The translations under genes and the position numbers were made by a program. The notes below the pieces were generated by a model that was not told where the DNA came from, did no database searches, and was given only the letters and a program-made list of their open reading frames with translations. Below, one piece after another: positions 50,646 through 61,362 of a DNA stretch of 64,000 nt. This stretch comes from Marsupella aquatica (Eukaryota; Plantae; Marchantiophyta), in contig OZ316895.1 in the NCBI GenBank assembly GCA_973895155.1, positions 8,668,184 through 8,732,183 of the forward strand. Direction: 5' to 3'. How positions within the stretch are numbered: the first letter of the stretch is position 1; the number at the start of each line of letters is the position of its first letter.

Positions 50646-53600
50646 ACCTTATGTGTTTCTGTGTTTTGCTCCAATTGGGTCTTTGGTCTTTGGTCTTTGG
50701 TCTCCTGGCTATGGAGTTCAAACTGTAGCATAGTTTTCGCGCCATTTCGACTACCCTCCCGCACTCAGTTTTTCTCGGAATCCAGTTTTCTCAGTTGCAT
50801 TAGCTTGCTCCTGCCGAGGCGCATCAAATCGATATAAAACACGTCCAAAACGGTGCCGTATCAACATACTTATGGTCACATTCGTTTTCGCCGTTTTTCA
50901 GTCGTTTTTCTGCGATTTTCGTCTTCCTTTCGACAGTCATATCTCGGTCAATCTTTCACGGATTTCAGATTTCTCAAGTGCTTTGTATAGCTCTTCTCCG
51001 GGAGTATCAGATTGATCCCAAGAGCGGTCCAATTGGTCTCCTATTGCCCCGATTGGACTTTGATTAGCTCTCACGTTTTTTCTTCAATTTCCACCGTTCT
51101 CACTTTCAATTAGCTTTAGGGTCCTGTAGCAGTTCCTCGTTCACGGAATCCGGCATTCTCATGTGATTTGGCCAGCTCTTGTCCGGGAGTGCAACATCTA
51201 TCCCTACCGCGGTCCTTTTGGTGACATATCAACCACTTTCGGCTTCGATTACGATTCTGATTTACACCTCCATTTTTGGTGACGGTTTCCCTTGATCAGC
51301 TTTGGAGCATTCCTGTCTTGCCACGTTTCTCCTCCGATTGGTGGTTGCCTTTCTTCTTCAGTTCTGACAAGGTGGTTTTTGCCAAGTTTAGTGGACCAGT
51401 TTGCATTCCACCATCTTTGGGAGCTGTAGCAGCACGCTCAAATCAGCGGAGAGATATTCACTCGCATCGACTCCTCAACGGACACATCGACGAGAGCTCC
51501 AGCTTTGTTCCCGGCTGTGCCTGCACGTGCTCAACGGTTTTCTAGGCTAGCGGGGGCGCCGCTTCTCGGATTTTGACGCGGTGGGCTCTCTCCATAGCCT
51601 TCCCTTTCTTTTCACATGTCTTGGTTGGGCCTTTTGTCGCTTCTTGATGCGCTTTTGCTTTTATCGGGTTGCGACCTGTCATGTCTACGTTGAGAGTGTT
51701 GGCGCGGGGCAAGCGCCCAGCCCCCCCACACAGTTCTCCCCCCTCCTCCCCCCCGCCTCGTGGTCGCCTTCGTGTTTGCTCTTCTTCATTGGATCTCTCT
51801 CATCTTCGTGATGACCCCATGCCCGATGTTCTGCCAGTCCCCCCAGTCTACTGCCCACCCCATCGACGCCCTGGCTCCTCTCCCCAGCCCATTCCCCCTC
51901 CACCCCTCCAGCATCCCCCTCCGGCCTCTTCATCCACGTCGGTTCCCCCCCCACCTCCTGTCCAGTCGGTCCCTGCTCCCTCCCCAGACGAGCGTCCCTT
52001 GCATACTTGTCCTGAGTGTGGCTGGGTTGGCCTCTCCCTTCCTCATCACCGCGGGCGGGGCCGGTGCCAACGTCGCCAGCAAGCCCAATCCCAGCCCCAG
52101 CCCCCTCTTGACCCAGTTAGCTCTGCCCCTCCTTCCTTGGAGGCTTCCGAGCAGGCATGGAGTTGGGTTCGCTCTCTAGACCCCCTTCCAGCCTACCATC
52201 CAGGGTACATTAGACCTCGCCTTTATAACCACATCCCACTAGCGTTGCGCCCATTAGTTCGGTCATCCTTGTTGCAACTCATGCAGCTTATCTTGGCGCA
52301 TCCTATCGAGGTCTCCTATTGGTCTTTACTCATGCTTTTTCCACAGTGGACTCTTACCCTCCCTAGTCACGGTGGTCGCGTGGGTCATCGTGAGACTGCC
52401 TCTCGTATCCATCGTTTTCTGCGGGGAGATTGGGAACAGCTTCAGGAAGAGTACTTTCTTCGAGCCCGTTCCTTTACTACCCGTGCTTTGTCTGACCCAG
52501 CTCGCCACTCTCATCCTCCAGAGCACAGACGCCTTCGTCGCTCTTGTCGTTTGGCCCAGGCTGGTGAATATCGTCGTGCGGTCCAGGCCCTTTCTCCCAC
52601 CACACCAGCCCCCCCTGGCGAGGTCACCTTGACGGCCCTTCAGGATCTCCATCCGCAGCCCTATGATCAGCTCCCTTTGTTCGTGGAGGATTTTGAGCCT
52701 GAGGAGGATCTTCAGTTTAGTAGGGACCACTTCACCTATGCTTTCCTCCATGCTCCGCGTTGCGCGGCTGGTGGCCCCTCTGGCTATGTCTTTGAGCATT
52801 TTTGTGATTTATTCCCCCCTGAGGATCCTCAGTCTGGTTTTCCAGTTTTCTTCTCCTTTTGCCAGTGTATTGCTGCCGGCCGTTTGCCTCCTCCCGTCTC
52901 TCGGCTTTTGAGTGCTTCTCGTTTATTGGCCATGGCTAAGTCTTCACCGGGTGTTCGGCCCATAGCTATTGGAGAGGTCTTTCTTCGTCTGGTGTCTCGC
53001 GCACTTTCATCGCAGTATCGCTCTGCACTATCGGATCATCTCTCTCCACATCAGTTTGCAGTGGGCGTTCCTGGCGGTTGTGAGACAGTTATTGCGGGTA
53101 TTCGTACTACCTTGGACCTCCACCCTGATTGGGTTGTCCTCCAGGTTGATGTCTCCAATGCTTTCAATACGGTTTCTCGGGCAGCAATTTTTCGTGCTTT
53201 GAGGGCAGCGGATCCAGACATCCAGTCCCTTATCCCCTTTGTCCGTTGTTTTTATGGGTGTGAGGCCCCCCTCTTCTATAGTCATCACACCTCTACAGGA
53301 GTGTATACCACTCTTTCTTCTGCAGAAGGTACACGTCAGGGTGACCCTTTGGGTGGGCCTCTTTTTGCCATTGCCCATTTTACTGCTTTACGAGAAGCCT
53401 CCGCGGCCCACCCCCAGTGTATCTTCCCCTCCCTTTCAGATGACACCCACATCATTGGTCCACCTTTTGCTGTTACTTCTGCCCTCGCCACCCTTTCCAC
53501 CCATTTGTTGGGCCTCGGTTTACGAGTACAGCCGGTGAAGAGTCGTGCATGGAGTCCAGCTGGGTTACCCTCTGATCTTGCGCTTCCCCCTGGGTTCTTA

Positions 53601-55315
53601 CGTCCTGCCGACGGTCTTCGGGTCCTTGGCTCCCCAGTCGGTACCGCCTCCTTTTGCTCATCTTTCATTGCTGACGCTCTCCAGGCTGCCTTAGCCCCTA
53701 CTCCTATGCTCCCTAAGTTAGCAGACTCTCAGGCAGCATTTGGGTTGTTATTGAGATGCATCCACCCTCGTGCGTCCTATTTGGCTCGGACACATCCCCC
53801 TACCGAGGATCTTTCTCTACACCTCCGAGCGTTTGATGTCTCCATTCGTGAGACTTTGGCCTCTCTTTTAGGGCCAGGTACTTTACTCTCATCTCCGTGG
53901 CTTCATCGACAGCTCAGTCTTCCTATTTCTCATGGTGGTTTTGGGCTTACTTCCACTGAGCGCCTTGCACCTTTGGCCTTCTTGGGCGCGTGGGCGGCCG
54001 CCTTCTCATTGTTGGCAGATCGTTTCCTTACTGAGGATCGACCTTTTTTACTTTCATCTCTCATGGAGGTCGAGGAGGGTTCCCTCCCATTTCAGGTTCA
54101 TTTGCGCACGGCTCGGTCATCATTACCCGATCCTGTTCGAGCTGCGTTACCTTCATTCCAGGAGTTTTTATCCTTGGACCCCGTCCGTCTTCAGGCAGAC
54201 CTTGCTGGGCGTATGCACGCTTTCACCCTCTCCAGCATCCTCACCGAGGCACCTGACACGGACCGAGCTCGGATTCTTTCTTCCGGAGGGAAGGGCGCAG
54301 GAGGCTGGCTTCAGGCCAATCCAGTCATTCCTCACCTGCGGATGTCTTCAGCGGAGTTTGCGACAGCCATGCGTCTTCGTATGGGCTTGCCCCACCCACT
54401 TCTTGCTGGTTTACCTCCTACTTGCACTTGTGGGAAGCCTTGTGATGCCACAGGTGTCCATCTTCTTCGATGCAGTTTGGGCGGCGAAACCATTTTTGTT
54501 CACGACGCTGTGAGAGATGCGACTGCTCAGGTTCTCTCTGGCTCTTTGGTCTGCGCGCGGCGGGAGGTGGTGCTCGAGTTACCTGGTCCTCCATCACAGC
54601 GGTTACGGGTGGATCTTACCATGGTCCGTGACGGTCACCGTACTTTGGCAGATGTAGTGGTGGCAAACCCATTGCGCCAAGACATCATTGGGACAGCGGC
54701 AACAACGGCAGGGGCAGCAGCATCACGAGCAGCACAAACGAAGGAGGCCAAATATGCTGCACGAGCTTCATCTGATAGCTTCCTGCCCCTTGCTCTTGAG
54801 ATATTTGGGCGTCTTCATCATCAGTTCGACGGGCTTCTTCGCCAAGCTGCTCGGGATGTTCACGGCCGGATGGGTCCCACCGGGCCCCCGCTATCTGTTT
54901 TGACCACGCACTTTCGCCAACGCATTTCAGTCACCTTACAGCGTGCTCAAGCTCGGGCCGTCTATCGTCGATCTCTGACAGTGGGTGCTAGTGTGACTCC
55001 GCAGCGGCTAGCCCCCCTAGAGGACATTCCTGTCCCACTTGCCGATCTAGTTTCGACACTTGATGTAGACCACTAGCTTGTAGCCACATTTGCTAGGTAT
55101 GATGAGGACCTCGGTCCATTTGCGGTAGTTTTAGTTACTCTTTCTTGGTTTTTAGGGGTTTCCTTTTGCTCACTTCTTTTAGTTCCTCTTTCTTGGTCTT
55201 TAGGGTTTCCTTTTGCTCACTTCTTTTGCGTTTGGTTTTGTCCACTTGGGACCTCTCTTGTTTATTCTTTTGTACTCTATTTGGCCTTTTTCTATATAAA
55301 GTATGTGTATATTCT
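50646..55315 (+). mobile_element. Putative full-length RLE-type (CRE-clade-like) non-LTR retrotransposon, ~4.67 kb, flanked by a 13-bp direct repeat
   Basis: CTTTTAGTGTGTG at 50633-50645 and 55316-55328 (candidate TSD). Homology with the 49.3-kb copy ends near 55315. About 1 kb of 5' leader, a single ORF and a T-rich 3'UTR; no LTRs. Confidence 0.75.
51681..55076 (+). CDS. Retrotransposon ORF: Pro-rich N-terminus, zinc finger, reverse transcriptase, CCHC knuckle, restriction-like endonuclease (~1131 aa)
   Basis: N-terminal CPECG..H; RT motifs AAGGPSG, GVRPIAIGE, HQFAVG, QVDVSNAFNTVSR, GTRQGDPLG, SLSDDTH, GLRVLG, LPISHGGFG; C-terminal CTCG..HLLRC, HDAVRD, RVDL..LADVVV, KEAKY, FLPLALEIFG. No apurinic-endonuclease, integrase or RNase H motifs seen. 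Confidence 0.93.
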   Translation: MSTLRVLARGKRPAPPHSSPPSSPPPRGRLRVCSSSLDLSHLRDDPMPDVLPVPPVYCPPHRRPGSSPQPIPPPPLQHPPPASSSTSVPPPPPVQSVPAPSPDERPLHTCPECGWVGLSLPHHRGRGRCQRRQQAQSQPQPPLDPVSSAPPSLEASEQAWSWVRSLDPLPAYHPGYIRPRLYNHIPLALRPLVRSSLLQLMQLILAHPIEVSYWSLLMLFPQWTLTLPSHGGRVGHRETASRIHRFLRGDWEQLQEEYFLRARSFTTRALSDPARHSHPPEHRRLRRSCRLAQAGEYRRAVQALSPTTPAPPGEVTLTALQDLHPQPYDQLPLFVEDFEPEEDLQFSRDHFTYAFLHAPRCAAGGPSGYVFEHFCDLFPPEDPQSGFPVFFSFCQCIAAGRLPPPVSRLLSASRLLAMAKSSPGVRPIAIGEVFLRLVSRALSSQYRSALSDHLSPHQFAVGVPGGCETVIAGIRTTLDLHPDWVVLQVDVSNAFNTVSRAAIFRALRAADPDIQSLIPFVRCFYGCEAPLFYSHHTSTGVYTTLSSAEGTRQGDPLGGPLFAIAHFTALREASAAHPQCIFPSLSDDTHIIGPPFAVTSALATLSTHLLGLGLRVQPVKSRAWSPAGLPSDLALPPGFLRPADGLRVLGSPVGTASFCSSFIADALQAALAPTPMLPKLADSQAAFGLLLRCIHPRASYLARTHPPTEDLSLHLRAFDVSIRETLASLLGPGTLLSSPWLHRQLSLPISHGGFGLTSTERLAPLAFLGAWAAAFSLLADRFLTEDRPFLLSSLMEVEEGSLPFQVHLRTARSSLPDPVRAALPSFQEFLSLDPVRLQADLAGRMHAFTLSSILTEAPDTDRARILSSGGKGAGGWLQANPVIPHLRMSSAEFATAMRLRMGLPHPLLAGLPPTCTCGKPCDATGVHLLRCSLGGETIFVHDAVRDATAQVLSGSLVCARREVVLELPGPPSQRLRVDLTMVRDGHRTLADVVVANPLRQDIIGTAATTAGAAASRAAQTKEAKYAARASSDSFLPLALEIFGRLHHQFDGLLRQAARDVHGRMGPTGPPLSVLTTHFRQRISVTLQRAQARAVYRRSLTVGASVTPQRLAPLEDIPVPLADLVSTLDVDH

Positions 55316-57564
55316 CTTTTAGTGTGTGTTCTGAATAAAGAGGTTGATGAACCACAATGTTTGACAAACAACATGAAGGACTACAAACTTGACCGACCAA
55401 TTTTAAATGTGGCTCTGAAGTCAGCAATAAATCCCCTTGTTTTAATGACCACACTTTTGGGCCTCAAAAGCAGCTAGGTCCATGCAGAGCTGCATTGTCA
55501 AACCTTGTGGTCCATCTGAGTAACAACAACTTAGTTGGGAGCAAGTTGGCAAGCCAAGAGGTCCATTTGGGGTAAGGAAACCCCAAACTAGACACAATCC
55601 AATACATATATATGTATACTCCCATCCCATATTTTTAGTTTTTTGCAGAATATTTTAGATTGTTTAATTTTTGTAACTAGTTTTCTAATATATCCATCCA
55701 AGGCTCCTGGTACTGGGTATGACCCCTCTTGTGGGCTACCCTACAGAGGTGCATGCTCAGGAATTGATAGTCTATCCTCTGTTGGTAAGCTTTAGGTATT
55801 CAAGGCAAAAAAAAAAGTCTCCAAACCACCCTTTGTGTCTAAGGGTGGTTTTCCTTTCTAGGCCTCATTTCCTGTTCCCCTTCCGTTCCTTGTAGAAAAA
55901 AAACATATTCCCTATCACTTTCGCAAGAAAAAAGAGGAAAATACAAATACATGAGTACATGACATATGTCAAAAAGGTGCCAGTTGGCTGGTACGAGACA
56001 CAAACCTACGTGTCGTACAACAGTCTTGTAAGGCGCACGTGATGCTCTCCATCTATCCAGGTGTCCGTGCGTGACTGGCCTTGGACCCGGGTTTTGACCC
56101 AGGCCAGGCTGCCCTAAGCCTCCTCCTAGGACGGAGTAGCCCTCCACGTTATAAGAACTATCGCGACGGGCAGGAACTGTAACAGAAACCTTCAGTTGTC
56201 CACGTGGATTTCCTTCTCTGTACAAGAACTTTTTATTCCGAGATACTCAGATACGACGTTTCTGGTTTATCCCCCGGGCAACATGCACCCAGAAGTCAGA
56301 CGTCAGAACCGGAAACACAAGCCGTCTTTATTTCGCTTGACTTATCGAAAAGCAGGGTCGGTATGTTTTGTGAGTTTGTGTGTAACTACAGTCGAATCTT
56401 CGTAAGTGCACAATTCATAAGTGCAAAACCTGGCTAATTGCAAAGGCGTCCGCTTCTTCCTTTTTTGTCGTCACAATTGGGCACTTTGAAAAAGGCAAAG
56501 TGGGCTCCACTACACCAGGAGAGCAAAACCCCTCTATATGTGCAAGTATGCCTAAGAGCACAAAGTCCTATGTGGAACTCTTATGGATAAGTTAATGTTG
56601 CAATTATGAGAGACATGTGACAAGGGCTGATGACAGAAATGTACAATCTGGGGGATGTTTGGTGGATGATTTAGAGAAGGCACTAGGATTCTATTTGAAC
56701 ATGAGATGACAACTTCTCTAATGTGATGAGGCCCTCAACTTCACAGATTGGAGTAAAGTATTGACTCAAAATTTTGTGGAGAAATCTCATAGCCAGGCAG
56801 GGCTTATGGCATACAAAGTGGGATACCAATGGCAAAGGCCTAAAACTTTTCCTACCCTTGAGATTTAGTACTCTGAAATGACAAAAAAATCAAAAAACAG
56901 GGACACAAAATGACAAAATTAAAAATAATGACATGAAAGGGTTGTGCAACTCACAGGAAGCAGGACTCATTAATCTTGAGAATTTAGACCCTGCAATTTA
57001 ACAAGTGCAAAGGGCCTGTAGTTTGAGGGTCACCCAAATGGAAGTCAACTCTAAAGGGCGAGGCACTTGAGCAGCAAGAAGGATAATCATACTATTTATC
57101 TAAGTGCAAAGTCTGAAAAACTGCGCATCTCAAGTACTGAAAACCACATGTAAGTGCAAGGCTCGACTGTTTTCTCAGAAGTTTCCACTGGTGAAAAGTA
57201 GGCTATATATTCCTCACCTTTCCCTTCGTTAATTTTACCCGCGGGCTGCGTCTCTAGCTTACTGTACGAGGAAATTAGAATCCCAGCTAAGAACCAAATC
57301 CCGGCGTCAACGAGGCACAAACAGACTGGCGTCATCCGCAAGCACGACGCTTCCGGTTTGCACAGCTACACCCCCACTTCTTTTCTTTCCTGTATAATAC
57401 TTATTACAGAATCTATTCTGGACTCAGGCGGCGTGGCCAGCTGGCGGAATGTGTGTGGCTGTCGACGCTTATATATATGCGATGGGGGTACGAAGATAAC
57501 AGAGTACAGTTGTTCACCGGGAAGCAAATAAAATTGACTCGAGTGCAGAAAGCGAGGAAGAGGA

Positions 57565-57593
57565 TTGAGCTGAGCTGAGCTGAGCTGAGCTGA
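57565..57593. repeat. (TGAGC)n microsatellite upstream of the remorin-like gene
   Basis: Directly visible, about 5.5 units. Confidence 0.85.
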
Positions 57594-58182
57594 ATTCGTA
57601 GGAAAATCTCCTAATAGACGAGAAGTTATCCTTTTGCCTTTACTCTATAATCTGAATCGAACTCGAAGAAGTCCAGTGCAGTGCAGTTCAGCTCAGCTGA
57701 AGTCCAATTGCTGGCACCAAATTAACGCAGGAAAGATTGAAACGGTTTTGGTAACAGGACACAATCATCTCATCAGGCTTCCGACCGTCTCTGTAGCTAC
57801 CACGGCAGACATCATCATTCCTGCTGCCTGTTGGATTTCTACCGATCCTTGCCTGCGCTTCTGTAAAAGCAATCACACAACTCATCTTCTTCTGGCTCCG
57901 TTGATTGCGTCGGTTCTCTGCCTGCCTGCCTATCTGTCTTTCTGTCAGTGTGTCGCGGGGATCACCAGCTACAGCCAGCTCGTCGGTTGGGTGAAGGTAA
58001 GAGGCAGCAAATTGATTGCTTGAGGGGAGGAATTGGCTCACGTCGATTGGAATTCAGACCCCGGTTGCTGTTCTAATTCTCCCTGTTCTGGAGAGGGAGG
58101 AAGGGTGTGAAATCGTTGCTCTTCGAGCGAGAAAGAGAGGGGAGAGAGAGGGACGAAAGTTGTGGGGGGAAAGGATCGATCT

Positions 58183-60857
58183 ATGGCGATGGCAGAGGCA
58201 CCAGCTCCACAACCGAAAACCGAGGCTGCCGAGCCGCCGGCCCAGCAGGTCGAACAGCTGAGTCTCGAGGATGGGAAGAAGGCCATCGTGCCACACGACT
58301 CGAATGCCGGAGCGCTCACAGCCGTCGACAGTCCCACAAAAGACGTGAACGACATGCAACTCAGTAAGTCTGAGCCGCAAACGCCGCCCGAGACAACGTC
58401 TAAGATCTCCCCGGGGAAGCGAGGCTCCAATTTGAAGGCCGAAGCATTCGCCGTAGCTCACACCAAGAGAGTGGAGCATGAGGCGCAGGCGTATATTGAC
58501 TCTGAGGTCCGGAAGGCTGAGGCCTCTGCGGAGAAACGGAAGGTATGATGAGTTTCTTCACCGTTCTGTTTACTTTGATTTGGATTCAGTGAGCGTAACA
58601 GGTGATTGCTCTGTTCCTTCTTCCGTGTCGCCGGGTCGGTCAGTTGATGGAGGGTCATGCACACAAATTATATCCAGTCTGACCTTTGCCAAACAGCTTG
58701 AAATTGGTAACTACAGTACACAAGGGGTTTTCAGAAGAGGAATGATGTGGATTTTTTGGAAAAGAGCTGATGGAAATGATTAGGGGACTGAGGCGCGAGT
58801 TCCCAGGCGACAAGCGATTGCATCCCGTAGACCACTATGTAAGAGAACAGTCGGCCTGAGTTGAGTATGTTCCATTGGGATTACAGGGAACTGAAACTGA
58901 TAATTATAGTTGTGGAGGGGGACACGGAGGCAATTGTCCGAGTGTAAATTAATTGATCCAGACTATCGACGCCTCGTTCTGATTCAATTGAATCGAATTG
59001 ATGTGGTTTATGTTAACTTCAATGCGACTCGAGGAGCCGAAAAGGACAATTAATTATATTCCTAGTTGTCGACTGTGCTCTGTGCCAAATTGTTAGTGTA
59101 TTTTGCTTAGTTTTAAGAGGAATTCGAATGCACTTTTCCCCCTTATCTTGTAGCTGTGTTCTTCATCTGCGCGCCACTCTTCGAGCAGGAACGACTTACC
59201 GAAACAAGAACCTGGTTTATCTTCTGGGGTTTGGCAATTTCGATGCAGGGTCCAGTTGGGGATAGGTATCAATATGATGGAATTGACAGACAGCAATTTC
59301 GGGATGACGCTCTGATTGTTTCGTGTAAGATGTGGGTATCTCGTGGAGTCAGAGGTTAACTTATGCTCGCGTTACTTGGGAGAGGCACTGTCAGCGGTAT
59401 TGGGACCTGGAGCGGGTAGTAAGAGGTTTCAATTTCTTTCTATGCAGGCTATTGCCGAGAAGGAAAGGATGCGAGAAGAGGCCAGGGCCACAGAACAACT
59501 CAAGAAGGAAGAGCAGCGTGCTGAGCTGGTCGTCCATACCGCTGTGGTATGTCCAACTCCATTTTCTCGAGCTATGATATGAATGCTGGCAGCTTCATTA
59601 ATTCATACCAAGTATATGTGGAAATTAATGTAGTTCTTAACCTCCAATAAAGTGACTGTTTCCATTGTCACATGATCAGAACATGGTAGTGACTAAACTT
59701 GCCTTGACCCGCTTGTCCTGTTCGACCAAGTTAGGTGTGTAATTACTAAGCGGAGCGTGTTATCAGCTTGACACTGATTTAATGATTCCTCGTGCACAGC
59801 TAAAAGCCGATAAAATAGTTGCGCAAGCGAAGGAGAAGGCCGTCTTAATTAAAGCAAATGCAAAAGAAGCAGCTGAGAAGCACATTGCTGAGGCAACCAC
59901 CGCCTGCGAGACGGTAAGTTATCCTTATAGCGTTGAGACAGTGTATAGTTTACAATGTTTTGCGAGTGGCGAAAGGATGTCTTCGCCGCTTCCTTCCTGT
60001 GCAATTGCCAAAGTATACATATGCTTTACTTACTTGGAGCAAGTGAGCAATTGACGAATGCGTCCAGCCGGGAATTATCTTTGAAGGTGACCAGGAATCC
60101 GGTTAACGGTATCGGAACAGAAACGACTGTAATAATCGCCCACTTTTCCCAATTGGGCAAATGGACACAGTAGGAGGTTCAAATTACAAAAGCACGAACG
60201 CTTAACAAAGTAACGGAAGTGACAAAACAAAGTAACGGAAGTGACAATGCAATCAATCCATACACACGCAAGAAACGAAACTGACTGTAGGCCACTAGAA
60301 GCTTGGGAACTGACCCTAGGCCACAAGAAAGAAAGAAAGAAAGTCGCGTTTTCGTTTGGACTTTAGAGTCTAGAGAAGTGGAAACAATGTAATATCCTGG
60401 GGCGCCGAAGAGTTAAAACTACCAAGAAATAACATGGCAAATGCGTAAGAAATCAGAAGCAGCAGTAGTCGAAATCAAGGACAAGTTACGCTTGTCCACG
60501 ATAGAATTGGAGAATAAAATGACGAGGCGAGTCTCCATTTGAGTCACTAGAGGCCCCTGGATAAAGCTGAAAGGTATTACTAGAGGCATCTGGAAGACGA
60601 AACCAAAAAGGTTCTAGCTGTGGGCATATATACCTGTTTAGAAGAAAAGTACGTGATTGTCTGGTTCCTCACAGTGCCGACGGGTTGTTCGAATTCGTGA
60701 TGGATAACAGGAGAAGGCAGGAGCCGAGGAGACAAAAGAGAAAAAGATGGCTGAGATCAAGGACAAGGCAGAAACGATGATTGCAGCCGGAGAATTGATT
60801 CCAGCTGATCAAAAACGTTTTGGCCAAAGAATGAAAGAGAACCTCATCTGTCACTAG
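58183..60857 (+). CDS. Divergent remorin-like coiled-coil protein; 4 exons, ~239 aa
   Basis: Exons 58183-58542, 59448-59546, 59800-59913, 60711-60857 (720 nt, all phase 0, GT-AG). Disordered P/E/A-rich N-terminus with KAIVP. Coiled coil AQAYIDSEVRKAE...EQLKKEEQ. C-terminus KAETMIAAGELIP...LICH* resembles the remorin membrane anchor with a terminal Cys. Confidence 0.72.
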
Positions 60858-60892
60858 TACGAGAAGTATTTACTTCTGATCATTTTACATCT

Positions 60893-61362
60893 CTGCCAAC
60901 ATCAACAGTCCTCAGTTGGATGGCCTCTTATACTGACTGTACGTCATCAAGTTCCTTTGCTCTGAGAAAGAAATGCCTGTTTATACGACTCACTCGTTTG
61001 ACCCTGGAGATGAAACGTTTTAGGAGAGTAAAGACGTAGATTAGTGCGCAGTCATGACCTTGCTATTGAAAGTGTAGGATCCTGAATATATATAACAGGG
61101 TATCCGATCGTACTTGCTCAGAGCTCAGAGAGTCATTAAATGTGTAAAGTGTTTCTGCCAACATCAACAGTATTCAGTTGCCTGAGCTCTTATACTGATT
61201 GTATGTCCTCACGTTTTCTCCATGTCGGAGAGAAATGCCTGTTTATACGACTCACTCGTCTGACCCAGATGACACGGTTTGGGAGAGTAAAGATGTAGAG
61301 TAGTTCGCAATATTACTTCGCTATTGAAAGTGTAGGATCCTGAATATAGAACAGGGGATCCG
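60893..61362. repeat. ~262-bp direct duplication in the remorin-like 3' region
   Basis: TCTGCCAACATCAACAGT, AAATGCCTGTTTATACGACTCACTCGT and GCTATTGAAAGTGTAGGATCCTGAATATA each occur twice. Confidence 0.88.

Noticed and set aside
60982-61258. ATACGACTCACT resembling a T7 promoter (vector contamination)
   Set aside because: Only a partial match (lacks TA...ATAG), and it sits inside a diverged genomic duplication with no other vector sequence.
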